A stretch of 64,000 nucleotides of DNA. Origin: an uncultured Lachnospiraceae bacterium (lineage in GTDB: Bacteria > Bacillota > Clostridia > Christensenellales > UBA1242). A program made the translations under genes and the position numbers. The notes below the pieces were generated by a model that searched no databases, had not been told where the DNA came from, and saw nothing but the letters and a program-made list of their open reading frames with translations. Shown in pieces: positions 48,110 through 57,389 of the stretch (the first letter of the stretch is position 1; every line of letters begins with the position of its first letter). The stretch is taken from assembly GCA_964432825.1 (NCBI GenBank), contig CAYSOX010000005.1:1460-65459 (forward strand), written 5' to 3'.

Positions 48110-48871
48110 ATGAAAAGATATTTAATTGCGGGCAATTGGAAGATGAATAAAACCATTGCCGAAACAGAGGCTTTTATTAACGAATTAAAAGAAAAAATGC
48201 CTAAAACACGAAATGATGTTTTGATTTGCCCTCCATTTTTGGCAATCCCCAAAGCAAGTGAATTAACCAGCGGTACCAACATCCAAATTGGTGCACAAAA
48301 TATGCATTATGATGAAAAAGGTGCTTACACGGGTGAAATTAGCGCAAAAATGCTAAAGGAAGTAGGAGTTAACTATTGTATTATAGGTCATAGCAGTAGG
48401 CGTTCGTTGGATGGCGAGACGGATGAAAAGATAAATAAGAAAATTAAAAGGGCTATTGCAAGTGGAATTACACCAATTTTATGTATTGGAGAAACTTCTA
48501 CACAACGCGAGCAAAACCGAACTTATAGGGTTTTAAAGAAACAACTTTCACTAGACTTAGATGGTGTAGAAGAGCCTGAGGCAGTTGTAATTGCATATGA
48601 ACCTCTTTGGGCAATATCCGATGGGGAACATCCAGCGCCAACTCCAACAATTGAAGAAATTGCAAATGTAAATAGTGGAATAAAGCGAGTTTTAAGACAA
48701 ATGTTTGGTAAAGACCCTGTTAAGAAAATTCGTATCCTATATGGCGGAAGTGTGAGCGGGGATAATGCAAAGGAAATTATGGAAGAGAGAAGTATTAGTG
48801 GCGTTCTAGTTGGCGGTGCTAGTATGAATGTTGATAAATGGGTTTCAATCATTGAAGCGTCAAACAAATAA
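48110..48871 (+). CDS. tpiA: triosephosphate isomerase
   Basis: IAGNWKMN, IIGHSSRR, AYEPLWAI and YGGSV motifs. Confidence 0.95.
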   Translation: MKRYLIAGNWKMNKTIAETEAFINELKEKMPKTRNDVLICPPFLAIPKASELTSGTNIQIGAQNMHYDEKGAYTGEISAKMLKEVGVNYCIIGHSSRRSLDGETDEKINKKIKRAIASGITPILCIGETSTQREQNRTYRVLKKQLSLDLDGVEEPEAVVIAYEPLWAISDGEHPAPTPTIEEIANVNSGIKRVLRQMFGKDPVKKIRILYGGSVSGDNAKEIMEERSISGVLVGGASMNVDKWVSIIEASNK

Positions 48872-48941
48872 ATTTTGGCAAAGGTATTGAAATTTATCAC
48901 AATATGTGTTATAATTGGTTGTAGATAAGGGGTAAATTAAT

Positions 48942-49175
48942 ATGCAAACAATCTGTTCTATAATCCAATTTATATTAGCACAGAATGAAAAGCAAAAATC
49001 CGAAACATATGTGGGGATTTGTGTTTTGGCTTTACTAAGTTGTATTTTTATTGTTGATATGTTTGCAAAGCAGACATGGGCTAAAGAAAAAGCATTGAAG
49101 AAAATTTATATGTTCTTTTCTTTCGTGTCAATCTTTGTGTTTATAATTTTATGGTTTTACTTAAGAAAAAATTAG
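48942..49175 (+). CDS. small two-TM membrane protein
   Basis: ORF with two hydrophobic helices. No family recognised. Confidence 0.4.
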   Translation: MQTICSIIQFILAQNEKQKSETYVGICVLALLSCIFIVDMFAKQTWAKEKALKKIYMFFSFVSIFVFIILWFYLRKN

Positions 49176-49240
49176 TAAAGTTATTGAAAATGGTTTGCTG
49201 TGTATGTTATAATACTAGCATAAATTAATGGAGGAATATA

Positions 49241-49570
49241 ATGGTACAAAAAATGATGAATTTACTAGCAGATGGAAAAATCAGACCAGATTGGGTTGTA
49301 AAATCTTTCCCAATAATTAAAACGGTTGTTGTCGGGGTTTTGCTTGTATGTGCAATTTTTATGATTATTGCTGTTTTGGTTCAACAAGGCAATACAAATG
49401 GTATTCAAGGTATCACAGGTGATTCTAGCGACACTTTCTACAATCGCAATAAAGGTCAATCAATGCAAGGAAAAATTAAGAAACTTACAGTTATTGATGC
49501 AATTTTAATGATGACACTTTGCATTGTTTATTTGATACTAAACACCATATACAGTGGCGGTTTAGTTTAA
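49241..49570 (+). CDS. secG: preprotein translocase subunit SecG (N-terminally extended)
   Basis: GGAGG RBS. A TM helix, then VLVQQGNTNGIQGITGDSS..F (cf. SecG LLQSGKGGGLSGAFGG), then a second TM helix. Located after pgk-tpiA as in Firmicutes. Confidence 0.7.
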   Translation: MVQKMMNLLADGKIRPDWVVKSFPIIKTVVVGVLLVCAIFMIIAVLVQQGNTNGIQGITGDSSDTFYNRNKGQSMQGKIKKLTVIDAILMMTLCIVYLILNTIYSGGLV

Positions 49571-49724
49571 TCTAAAAGATATATAAATTCAACGAATTTA
49601 ACTTTTAAGTTGTTGCAAAAAATTATAATGTGTTATAAAAATTTCAACTTTAAAACAATATTGAATTTGATAGTTTACAGATTAAAATATAAAATTTACA
49701 AACAATTTAAAAACGAACTTAATT

Positions 49725-49771
49725 TGAAGTGAGCCATAAAAGATATAATTTTAGGGTTCACTTCATTTTTT
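49725..49771 (+). terminator. intrinsic terminator after secG
   Basis: 11-bp stem TGAAGTGAGCC/GGTTCACTTCA (one G-U pair) followed by a T6 run. Confidence 0.7.
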
Positions 49772-49836
49772 GTTGTGGATTTACGTTGGCTTTATTAAAA
49801 CACTTGCTTGTACTAAAAAATAAAAGTTTTATCATT

Positions 49837-50045
49837 ATAAAACGCAAGGGGTTGTGGAGGTTATTCAAGTTTGCAATTATATTGAAAGATGAAAATTAAA
49901 ATATTATATTTGGATGTGTAATTATTTGCTTTTTCAAATGAAACGCAAGGGAGTTTGTAGGTCATTCAAGTTTAAAATTATTTTGAAAGATGAAAAAATT
50001 AAAGATTATTATATTTGCAATGTATAAATTTTTATCTTTTTCCTA
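49837..50045. repeat. two imperfect tandem copies of a unit of about 101 bp
   Basis: AAACGCAAGGGnnTTGTnGGTnATTCAAGTTT...TTGAAAGATGAAAA...TTATATTTG occurs at 49840 and 49941. Confidence 0.7.
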
Positions 50046-50070
50046 AACTATATCTATAAGGAGAGATTTT

Positions 50071-50277
50071 ATGGCAATTGTAACACTTATAGCATTAATT
50101 ATAACCATAATTGGGGCAACAAATTGGTTCTTGGTCGGTGTATTCACCTTCAATCTTGTAACTTGGATATTTGGAGTGGGTATCTTTGCAAGAATTATTT
50201 ATGCTTTAGTTGGTATTGCGGGATTTTGGTTGATTTATATGCTAATTAAAAACCGTGGAAAAATATTTGTAGAATAA
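50071..50277 (+). CDS. DUF378 domain membrane protein
   Basis: IGATNWFLVGVFTFNLVTWIFG....RIIYALVGIAG matches the DUF378 signature. GGAGAG RBS. Confidence 0.8.
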   Translation: MAIVTLIALIITIIGATNWFLVGVFTFNLVTWIFGVGIFARIIYALVGIAGFWLIYMLIKNRGKIFVE

Positions 50278-50298
50278 TAGAGCAGATATTTATCCAAC

Positions 50299-50334
50299 AA
50301 AAAGGCTTTGATAAATTTGTCAAAGCCTTTTTAT
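50299..50334 (+). terminator. intrinsic terminator
   Basis: AAAGGCTTTG-loop-CAAAGCCTTT followed by TT. Confidence 0.75.
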
Positions 50335-50633
50335 CTTTCGAATAAAATTTTCATAATGTATTAGTAATATATTAAAATTAGTTTAAACTTTTCCCATATT
50401 ACCATAAAAACATATCTGCAAATTTCATTTTCACAGGGTTGTATTAAAACTTTTTTTGAAAGCCAAAATATGGGAAGGAAAATCATTCTACGAAGCAAAA
50501 AAAAGAGATGACTTGGATAGATTAGGTGTATTTCTGTATGTCTGGTAAGAAGTATTTTAACACGCAAAAAAAATAAAAGGTGTAAAAGTAATAATAAATC
50601 ATTTTTAGTTTTATAAAAGGTATATATTAAAAA

Positions 50634-50668
50634 CAAAAAAAGACAACAGTAATTTGTCGTCTTTTTAT
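50634..50668 (-). terminator. terminator downstream of tRNA-Arg
   Basis: AAGACAAC/GTCGTCTT stem (one mismatch) flanked by A and T runs. Confidence 0.55.
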
Positions 50669-50672
50669 AAAT

Positions 50673-50749
<77 letters not shown>

Positions 50750-50847
50750 ATATAAAAATTTTTGCAAAATTTTAAGTGAAGAATGAAGAGTAAAGGGTTT
50801 AGTGGTAGATTTTATGTTTTGGTGCACTTTGGGTGTAAGTTGAGTGT

Positions 50848-51040
50848 TTGTTTTACATAATGCAAAGTCTAATTGTGTAGCAAGTTGTGTACTCGGGGTG
50901 CTGGTTATTTGTTCGTTAAAAACAACGCAAAAGCCTAATTGTGTAGTAGGTGGTGTTTTAGTGTATGTGGCGTATTTGCTAAATACAACTCAAAAGTCTA
51001 ATTGTGTAGCAAGTTGTGTACTTTATATTGCGGTTGTGGA
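50848..51040. repeat. three tandem units of about 65 bp sharing the exact core CTAATTGTGTAG, followed by GT-rich degenerate repeats
   Basis: The core is at 50869, 50935 and 50998. Units 1 and 3 are nearly identical over about 32 nt (CAAAGTCTAATTGTGTAGCAAGTTGTGTACT). Confidence 0.7.
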
Positions 51041-51419
51041 TTTGTTGAACTTAAGCGGGTTAAAAATTGTTGTAATTGAACGAGGGTTGTAATTTTGTCG
51101 CGAAGAAAGGTTTTTGTCACTAACAATTTTTTGCATTGGTAATTTTACATAAAAGCATTTTGATATGTTGTAATTGTGTTGTGTTTTTTTGAGTAGTATA
51201 ATTCACATAACTATTGAGGATATTTGCTATGCTACTTAGAAATGATATCACGAAAATACTCTAAAGTCAAGGGAAATAAAATAGCAGGGAAAAAAGTGTG
51301 AAATTTTTGTTGCTCATAAATGCTATAACTGTTGGGTGGTGGAATAAAATATGGAGTTAGATTTGTAATAGTTATTATTATTCTTGATTTTGGGTAAATT
51401 TTTTGATATAATCTAGACT

Positions 51420-51836
51420 ATGGAAGAAATTAATAAATTATTTTTATGTGATTATGATGTAAAAGATGTTAAGGTTTTAAATCCGTTAGTGTTAGCATTT
51501 GTTGGTGACACATTCTTTTCTTTTTATATAAAAACAAAAAGGTTGAATTTATTTAAAAGCAAGGTTAATAATTTAAATAAAGAGTCTTGCAATTTAGTTA
51601 ATGCGCATACGCAAATGGAGTTTTTGTTTAAAATTATTGATAGTTTAACAGAAGATGAAAGGGATGTTGTTATGCGTGCAAGGAATACAAATATTCATAG
51701 TCGTGCGAAGAATTTTTCAATTGAAGAATATCGATATGCGACCGCGTTTGAATCGCTTTTGGGGTATTTATATTTAACCAAAAAAATAGAGCGGTTAAAC
51801 CAGTTATTAGATTTAGTGTTTTTGGAGGAAATGTAA
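51420..51836 (+). CDS. mrnC: mini-ribonuclease III
   Basis: LAFVGDTFFSFY and YRYATAFESLLGYLYL match MrnC motifs. Confidence 0.9.
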   Translation: MEEINKLFLCDYDVKDVKVLNPLVLAFVGDTFFSFYIKTKRLNLFKSKVNNLNKESCNLVNAHTQMEFLFKIIDSLTEDERDVVMRARNTNIHSRAKNFSIEEYRYATAFESLLGYLYLTKKIERLNQLLDLVFLEEM

Positions 51837-52559
51837 ATGAAATATGAAGGGAAAAATGCTTGCAGAGAGGCATTAAGAACGGAGAAAACTATCGATAAAT
51901 TAATGGTTCAAAACGGGATTGAAGACCGTGAAATTGTTGAACTTGCAAAGAAGAGGGGTGTAAAAATTCAATTTTGCAATAAGCAAGTTTTAGATGAGCA
52001 ATCGGCAACAAAGAAGCATCAAGGGGTGATTTTGTTCACTTCGGATTTCGTGTATTCAAGTGTGGAAGAAATTGTATCGGATGCAAACAAAAAAGGTGAA
52101 GATTTGCTTATTTTAATTTTAGATGGAATTGAAGACCCGCATAATCTTGGTAGTATTTTAAGGGTTGCAGAGTGTTCAGGTGTCCACGGGGTAATTATTC
52201 CAAAGCATAGAGCCGTATCGGTAAATGAGACGGTTGCAAAAGTTTCAGCGGGGGCAGTTTCGCGAGTTAAGGTTGCAAGAGTTACAAATATTAATGATGA
52301 AATTAAGAGATTGAAAGAGCAAGGTGTTTTCGTTTTTGTTGCTGATATGGATGGCGAAAGTATGTACAGAACCAATCTTACAGGGAATATAGCGATAGTG
52401 GTTGGTTCAGAGGGCTTTGGCGTAAGTGCGTTAACTCGCAAACTTGCAGATGGTATTATTAGCATTCCTATGTTTGGAAAAATTAATTCATTAAATGCTT
52501 CGGTAAGTGCGGGCATTGTTACGTATGAGGCTGTAAGACAAAGAATGCAAAGGAAGTAG
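51837..52559 (+). CDS. rlmB: 23S rRNA (guanosine-2'-O)-methyltransferase, SpoU/TrmH family
   Basis: LDGIEDPHNLGSILRVAE, VVGSEGFGVS and SLNASVSAGI motifs. Conserved mrnC-rlmB order. Confidence 0.9.
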   Translation: MKYEGKNACREALRTEKTIDKLMVQNGIEDREIVELAKKRGVKIQFCNKQVLDEQSATKKHQGVILFTSDFVYSSVEEIVSDANKKGEDLLILILDGIEDPHNLGSILRVAECSGVHGVIIPKHRAVSVNETVAKVSAGAVSRVKVARVTNINDEIKRLKEQGVFVFVADMDGESMYRTNLTGNIAIVVGSEGFGVSALTRKLADGIISIPMFGKINSLNASVSAGIVTYEAVRQRMQRK

Positions 52560-52562
52560 TCT

Positions 52563-53114
52563 ATGAAGATACAAGAGGATGAGTTAAATAGAGTCATATC
52601 CGAAAGGCTTGCTGATGTTACGGTTATTGCAAAAAAGTATTTTATTTCGGGTGGAAGTGAAGATGATTTAATTCAAGAAGGTTTAATTGGGTTGATAGAC
52701 GGAATTAATGCCTTTGATGAAAAATATGGAGATATTAATTCGGAAAGTTTCAAAAGTTTTATTTTAATGTGTGCAAAACGCCAAATATTGGATGCTATTA
52801 AAATGGATAATGGAAAGAAAAATTCCGCTTTAAACAATTCAATTTCTTTAAATGAAGGCTTTGAAAAAAATCAAGAGAGTGGTGTGCAGAATGTTCGTAT
52901 TCAAACACCCGAAGAAATTGTTATGGATAAATTGGAGCAAGAAGAAGCGACGAAATCTATATTTATTAAACTATCCGAAAATGAAAAAAGTGTACTGGAA
53001 TTATATTTAAGTGGTTGCAAACAATCTGAAATTGCGGTACAATTAAATAAATCTATAAAGAGTATAGATAATACATTGCAAAGAATAAAAAATAAGATAA
53101 AGGGGAGAGGTTAA
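52563..53114 (+). CDS. sigH: RNA polymerase sigma factor SigH
   Basis: DLIQEGLIGLIDGINAFD, SFKSFILMCAKRQILDAIK and KSIDNTLQRIKNKI align with B. subtilis SigH. Confidence 0.85.
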   Translation: MKIQEDELNRVISERLADVTVIAKKYFISGGSEDDLIQEGLIGLIDGINAFDEKYGDINSESFKSFILMCAKRQILDAIKMDNGKKNSALNNSISLNEGFEKNQESGVQNVRIQTPEEIVMDKLEQEEATKSIFIKLSENEKSVLELYLSGCKQSEIAVQLNKSIKSIDNTLQRIKNKIKGRG

Positions 53115-53115
53115 T

Positions 53116-54612
53116 ATGTCATATTTAGCATTGTATAGAAAATATAGACCTCAAAAATTTAGCGAAGTTGTTGACCAAGAACATATAACAGATACTCTTG
53201 CAAATCAAATTAAAACAGGAAAGATTGGTCACGCTTATCTTTTTACTGGAAGTAGAGGAACGGGAAAAACATCTACCGCTAAGATTTTTGCAAAAAGCAT
53301 AAATTGTTTAAATCCTGAAAATGGTTCTGCGTGCGGAAAGTGTGAAAATTGTTTGGGTGGAAATTCTCAAAATATTGATGTGTTGGAAATTGATGCAGCG
53401 AGCAATAATGGCGTGGATGAAATAAGAGAACTTCGCGAACTTGTAAAATATCCGCCAGTAAATGGCAAATATAAAGTGTTTATTATTGATGAAGTGCATA
53501 TGCTTTCAACAAGTGCGTTTAATGCATTGTTAAAAACATTGGAAGAACCTCCTCAATATGTTGTTTTTATTTTGGCAACTACCGAAGTTCATAAACTTCC
53601 AGCAACCATTCTTTCTAGATGTATGCGGTTTGATTTCAAGTTGGTGTCGCTTGATAAACTTACTAAACTTTTGTGTAAAGTTTTGACCGATTCAAAAATT
53701 AATTATGAAGAAAAGGCTGTCCAACTTATTGCAAGAGCGGGAGAAGGAAGTGCAAGAGATGCTTTAAGTATAGCCGATATGGTTATTGCATATGCAAATG
53801 ATAACTTGACATATGATAATGTTGTAAAGATAATTGGAGAAATTGAGAAAGATAAACTGTATTCAATTGTTGAATCAATGCTTAAAAACAATGTCGGCGA
53901 AGTGTTATATAAACTGGATAAAATTTTAGATGAGGGCAAGCCTCCGCTTGTGTTAAGTAAAGATTTAATATCTTATTTTAGAGATTTGCTTGTAATTTTA
54001 ACAATTCCAGAACATTCTGGAGAGATGGTAATTGTTCCAAAAGATGTATACAAAAAAATGCAAGAACAAGCAATAAAAGAGAATTATTCAATAATTGTCC
54101 GAGCAATAGAGTCTTTAAGTACAGTAGAGCAAGAGTTAAGATATAGTGTCCAACCAAAAGTTGTGATAGAAACGGCTATTATTAAGACTATGTGTGCCAT
54201 AAGTTTAGAAGAGAGAATAGAAATATTAGAGAAAAAACTTCAAGTTCCGCTTGAAGATAAAAAAAAAATAAGGCAAATTTATAATTCTGCACAAGGTGTT
54301 TCTGCGGTGTTAAAAAATGCTAATTGGTATTATGGGGAAATTTTAAAAAGCCTTAGAGGAAAATCTGAAATGCTTTTATACTCAGCACTTGCTGAAACAA
54401 TTTCTATGGAATTAAATTCGGGGCGATTAAATATAGAAATACCTAAAGGCAAAATTAGTGAGTGTTTAGCAGAAAGTGAAAGTCAACAAAAACTGCAAGC
54501 AATTGCTGAAAGTCTTAAAATATCGCTTAATATAACACTAAAAGAGCGAGAAGAAGAAAGATTGGTACAAAAATTGAAAGAAATTTTTGGCGAAAAATTA
54601 ATTATAAAATAA
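53116..54612 (+). CDS. dnaX: DNA polymerase III subunit gamma/tau
   Basis: YRPQKFSEVVDQEH, GSRGTGKTS, Zn module CGKCENC and IIDEVHMLS. Confidence 0.95.
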   Translation: MSYLALYRKYRPQKFSEVVDQEHITDTLANQIKTGKIGHAYLFTGSRGTGKTSTAKIFAKSINCLNPENGSACGKCENCLGGNSQNIDVLEIDAASNNGVDEIRELRELVKYPPVNGKYKVFIIDEVHMLSTSAFNALLKTLEEPPQYVVFILATTEVHKLPATILSRCMRFDFKLVSLDKLTKLLCKVLTDSKINYEEKAVQLIARAGEGSARDALSIADMVIAYANDNLTYDNVVKIIGEIEKDKLYSIVESMLKNNVGEVLYKLDKILDEGKPPLVLSKDLISYFRDLLVILTIPEHSGEMVIVPKDVYKKMQEQAIKENYSIIVRAIESLSTVEQELRYSVQPKVVIETAIIKTMCAISLEERIEILEKKLQVPLEDKKKIRQIYNSAQGVSAVLKNANWYYGEILKSLRGKSEMLLYSALAETISMELNSGRLNIEIPKGKISECLAESESQQKLQAIAESLKISLNITLKEREEERLVQKLKEIFGEKLIIK

Positions 54613-54623
54613 AGGAGAATAAA

Positions 54624-54947
54624 ATGGGAAATTTTGGAAAATTTGGTGGCGGTCAACCTAATATGCAGGCGTTGATGCGTCAAGCACAAAAAATGCAAGA
54701 GGAAGCACTTAAAGCACAACAAGAGGTTGAAGAAACAGAGGTTGAAGGTGTTGCACAAAATGGTTTAGTTAAGGTTACTATGAATGGTGCAAATGAGGTT
54801 GTTGCCATTTCAATTGACCCTGAAGTTGTAGACCCAGAAGACGTTGAAATGCTAGAAGATTTGATAATGGTTGCACTAAATGATGCAACAACTAAAATCA
54901 ATTCAGTAAGGCAATCTAAAATGGGTAAATTTGGGGGCTTAATGTAA
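54624..54947 (+). CDS. ybaB: nucleoid-associated protein YbaB/EbfC
   Basis: MQALMRQAQKMQEE...GLVKVTMNG. Conserved dnaX-ybaB-recR order. Confidence 0.9.
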   Translation: MGNFGKFGGGQPNMQALMRQAQKMQEEALKAQQEVEETEVEGVAQNGLVKVTMNGANEVVAISIDPEVVDPEDVEMLEDLIMVALNDATTKINSVRQSKMGKFGGLM

Positions 54948-54948
54948 A

Positions 54949-55542
54949 ATGTCAAACCAAATAGAACCGATTGGAAGATTGATTAATAATTTTTCAAAAC
55001 TTCCAGGTGTTGGAAATAAAACGGCGTCCAGATATGCATATGCAATCATCGATATGCAAGAGGATGAAGCGAGTGAGTTTGCTGAAAGTATTTTGGAAGT
55101 TAAATCTAAGGTTAAGTTTTGTAATATCTGTGGCGATTATTCAGACGAAGAAATTTGTTCACATTGTAGAGAATCCAAAAGCGATATTATATGTGTAGTC
55201 GCAGAACCAAAAGATGTTTCGGTAATATCCAAAGTTAAAGGATTTACAATTGCTTACCATGTGTTGCACGGAACAATTAGTCCGCTAGCGGGTAGGGGGC
55301 CGGATGATATTAGGATTAATGAGTTATTAAAGCGAATATCCGATAATAATATTCAAGAAGTAATAATGGCAACCAACACCGATGTTGAAGGAGAGGCAAC
55401 TGCTATGTATATTGCAAGACTTTTAAAACCAATGGGTATAAAAGTTACAAGACTGGCACAAGGAATTTCGATAGGTTCCGACCTTGAGTATGCTGACGAG
55501 GTTACGCTTTCAAGAGCCTTAGAAGACCGAAAAGATATGTGA
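54949..55542 (+). CDS. recR: recombination protein RecR
   Basis: LPGVGNKTASRYA helix-hairpin-helix, CxxC Zn finger and a Toprim domain. Confidence 0.95.
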   Translation: MSNQIEPIGRLINNFSKLPGVGNKTASRYAYAIIDMQEDEASEFAESILEVKSKVKFCNICGDYSDEEICSHCRESKSDIICVVAEPKDVSVISKVKGFTIAYHVLHGTISPLAGRGPDDIRINELLKRISDNNIQEVIMATNTDVEGEATAMYIARLLKPMGIKVTRLAQGISIGSDLEYADEVTLSRALEDRKDM

Positions 55543-55649
55543 AAGATAGGTGAAAAATCCTATCTTTTTTGTTTTATTTTTTGTATGTGCTTGACATTAA
55601 AATTTCAAATTCATATAATATATGAGTAATTTTTAAAGGAGTGAGTAAA

Positions 55650-57389
55650 ATGATTAAAAAGTTAGCAAAAAATGTGGGCGAATATAAAAAAGAAGCCATT
55701 TTAACACCTGTTATGGTTGCTTTAGAAGTTGTTATTGAATGCTTTATTCCCCTAGTTATGAGCAGACTTATTACCATTATTGAACAAGGTGCCAACTTGT
55801 TGCAGATTTTTACTGTTGGTGGCGTTTTGGTTTTGATGGCAATGGTATCATTACTACTAGGTGTTTTGTCTGGTAGATTTTGTGCGATAGCATCATGTGG
55901 CTTTGCAAAAAATTTAAGACAAAACTTGTATTCAAAGGTTCAAACATTTTCGTTCTCAAACATTGATAAGTTTTCATCGTCAAGTTTGGTTACAAGGCTT
56001 ACCACCGATGTAACGAGGGTTCAGCAGGCATTTATGATGATTATCCGTATTGCTGTGCGTGTGCCATTTATGTTTATATCTTCTATATTAATGGTTATTT
56101 TTATAAGCCCCAAAATTGCGTTGCTATTTGCAATCGCAATACCAGTGTTGATAATTGCACTGGGCTTAATCATATTTTTTGCAATGCCAACATTCAATAA
56201 GGTATTTAAAAAATATGATAAAGTAAATGAAAGTATTCAAGAAAATGTCAAAGGAATGCGTTGTGTAAAATCTTATGTTCGTGAAGATTATGAAATTAAC
56301 AAGTTTAACGAAAAATCGGATGAATTGAAAAAGGATTTTACAAAAGCCGAAAGGATTGTCGCTTTTAACGGGCCGGTAATGAATTTCACCATATTTTCGG
56401 TAATGTTATGCATTTGTTATTTAGGTTCAAAAATTATTATTGAAAGTGGAGAAACATTATTAAATATTGGTGAACTTTCTAGTTTGTTGGTATATAGTTC
56501 ACAAATACTTTCTAGTTTAATGATGCTTTCAATGATTTTTGTAATGATAACTATGAGCATTGCAAGTTGTAAAAGAATTATTGAAGTTTTGGATGAAGAA
56601 CCAGATATTCAAAACAATGACAAAGCATTAACTGAAATCAAAAATGGTTCAATTGAATTTAAAAATGTGTCTTTCAAGTACGACAAAAATGCTGAAAAAT
56701 ACGCATTAAGCAATATTAATCTAAAAATTGAATCGGGGCAAACGATTGGTATAATTGGCGGTACTGGTAGCAGTAAAACGACTCTTGTAAATTTAATTTC
56801 TAGACTTTATGATGTAACGGAAGGGTCTTTGCTGGTTGGTGGCAAAAATGTTAAAGATTATGATTTGGTAACACTTCGTGATAATGTTGCGGTAGTGTTG
56901 CAAAAGAATATTCTATTCAGTGGTAGCATAAAAGAGAATCTTAGATGGGGTAAAAATGATGCCACAGACGAGGAAATGAAACGAGTTTGTGAAATATCAC
57001 AGGCGGATGAGTATATTTCTAAGTTTGAAAATGGATATGATACACATATTGAGCAAGGTGGTGCAAACCTTTCTGGTGGTCAACGCCAAAGGATGTGTAT
57101 TGCCAGAGCATTATTAAAAGACCCTAAGATAATAATTTTTGATGATAGTACAAGTGCGGTTGATACTAGAACGGATGCAATGATTAGAAATGCATTAAAA
57201 ACTGAAGCACCTGATGTTACAAAAATTATAATTGCACAACGAATTTCATCTATCGAAAATGCAGACAAGATAATTGTGTTGGATGGAGGAAAAATTGTTG
57301 GTTTTGGCACTAGTGATGAACTTAGAAAGACCAATGAAATATATCGCGAGATTTATGATATTCAAAATAAAATAGGGGGTGATAAATAA
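55650..57389 (+). CDS. ABC exporter, fused permease/ATPase (heterodimer half 1)
   Basis: Six TM helices. Walker A GGTGSSKTT, signature LSGGQRQR, Walker B IIIFDD. AAGGAG RBS before ATG 55650. Confidence 0.9.
   Translation: MIKKLAKNVGEYKKEAILTPVMVALEVVIECFIPLVMSRLITIIEQGANLLQIFTVGGVLVLMAMVSLLLGVLSGRFCAIASCGFAKNLRQNLYSKVQTFSFSNIDKFSSSSLVTRLTTDVTRVQQAFMMIIRIAVRVPFMFISSILMVIFISPKIALLFAIAIPVLIIALGLIIFFAMPTFNKVFKKYDKVNESIQENVKGMRCVKSYVREDYEINKFNEKSDELKKDFTKAERIVAFNGPVMNFTIFSVMLCICYLGSKIIIESGETLLNIGELSSLLVYSSQILSSLMMLSMIFVMITMSIASCKRIIEVLDEEPDIQNNDKALTEIKNGSIEFKNVSFKYDKNAEKYALSNINLKIESGQTIGIIGGTGSSKTTLVNLISRLYDVTEGSLLVGGKNVKDYDLVTLRDNVAVVLQKNILFSGSIKENLRWGKNDATDEEMKRVCEISQADEYISKFENGYDTHIEQGGANLSGGQRQRMCIARALLKDPKIIIFDDSTSAVDTRTDAMIRNALKTEAPDVTKIIIAQRISSIENADKIIVLDGGKIVGFGTSDELRKTNEIYREIYDIQNKIGGDK

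Noticed and set aside
50361-50636. 91-aa minus-strand ORF between the DUF378 terminator and tRNA-Arg
   Set aside because: The product is low-complexity and Leu/Phe-rich, there is no RBS, and the ORF would have to be transcribed through the tRNA terminator. A 10-bp inverted repeat (TTCCCATATT/AATATGGGAA) sits here, but I could not link it to any known element.
50860-51030. CRISPR-like layout: 32-nt repeats (CAAAGTCTAATTGTGTAGCAAGTTGTGTACT) separated by stretches of 31-33 nt
   Set aside because: The spacer segments are themselves similar to each other (TGGTTATTTGTTCGTTAAAAACAAC vs TGGCGTATTTGCTAAATACAAC), so the whole 65-bp unit is tandemly repeated. There are only three copies, the middle one is degenerate, and no cas genes are in the window.
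50844-51092. 82-aa ORF across the 65-bp repeats
   Set aside because: The peptide simply reiterates the DNA repeat (NCVASCVL three times). It has a non-ATG start and no RBS.
52019-52597. 192-aa minus-strand ORF; likewise 47164-47634, 48523-48900, 16370-16618 and 63134-63457
   Set aside because: All are antisense shadows of strongly supported genes (rlmB, pgk, tpiA, secE, xis). None has independent signals.
53100-53130. Expected SRP (4.5S/scRNA) gene upstream of dnaX, as in Bacillus
   Set aside because: The sigH stop and the dnaX start are 1 nt apart, so there is no room for an RNA gene here.
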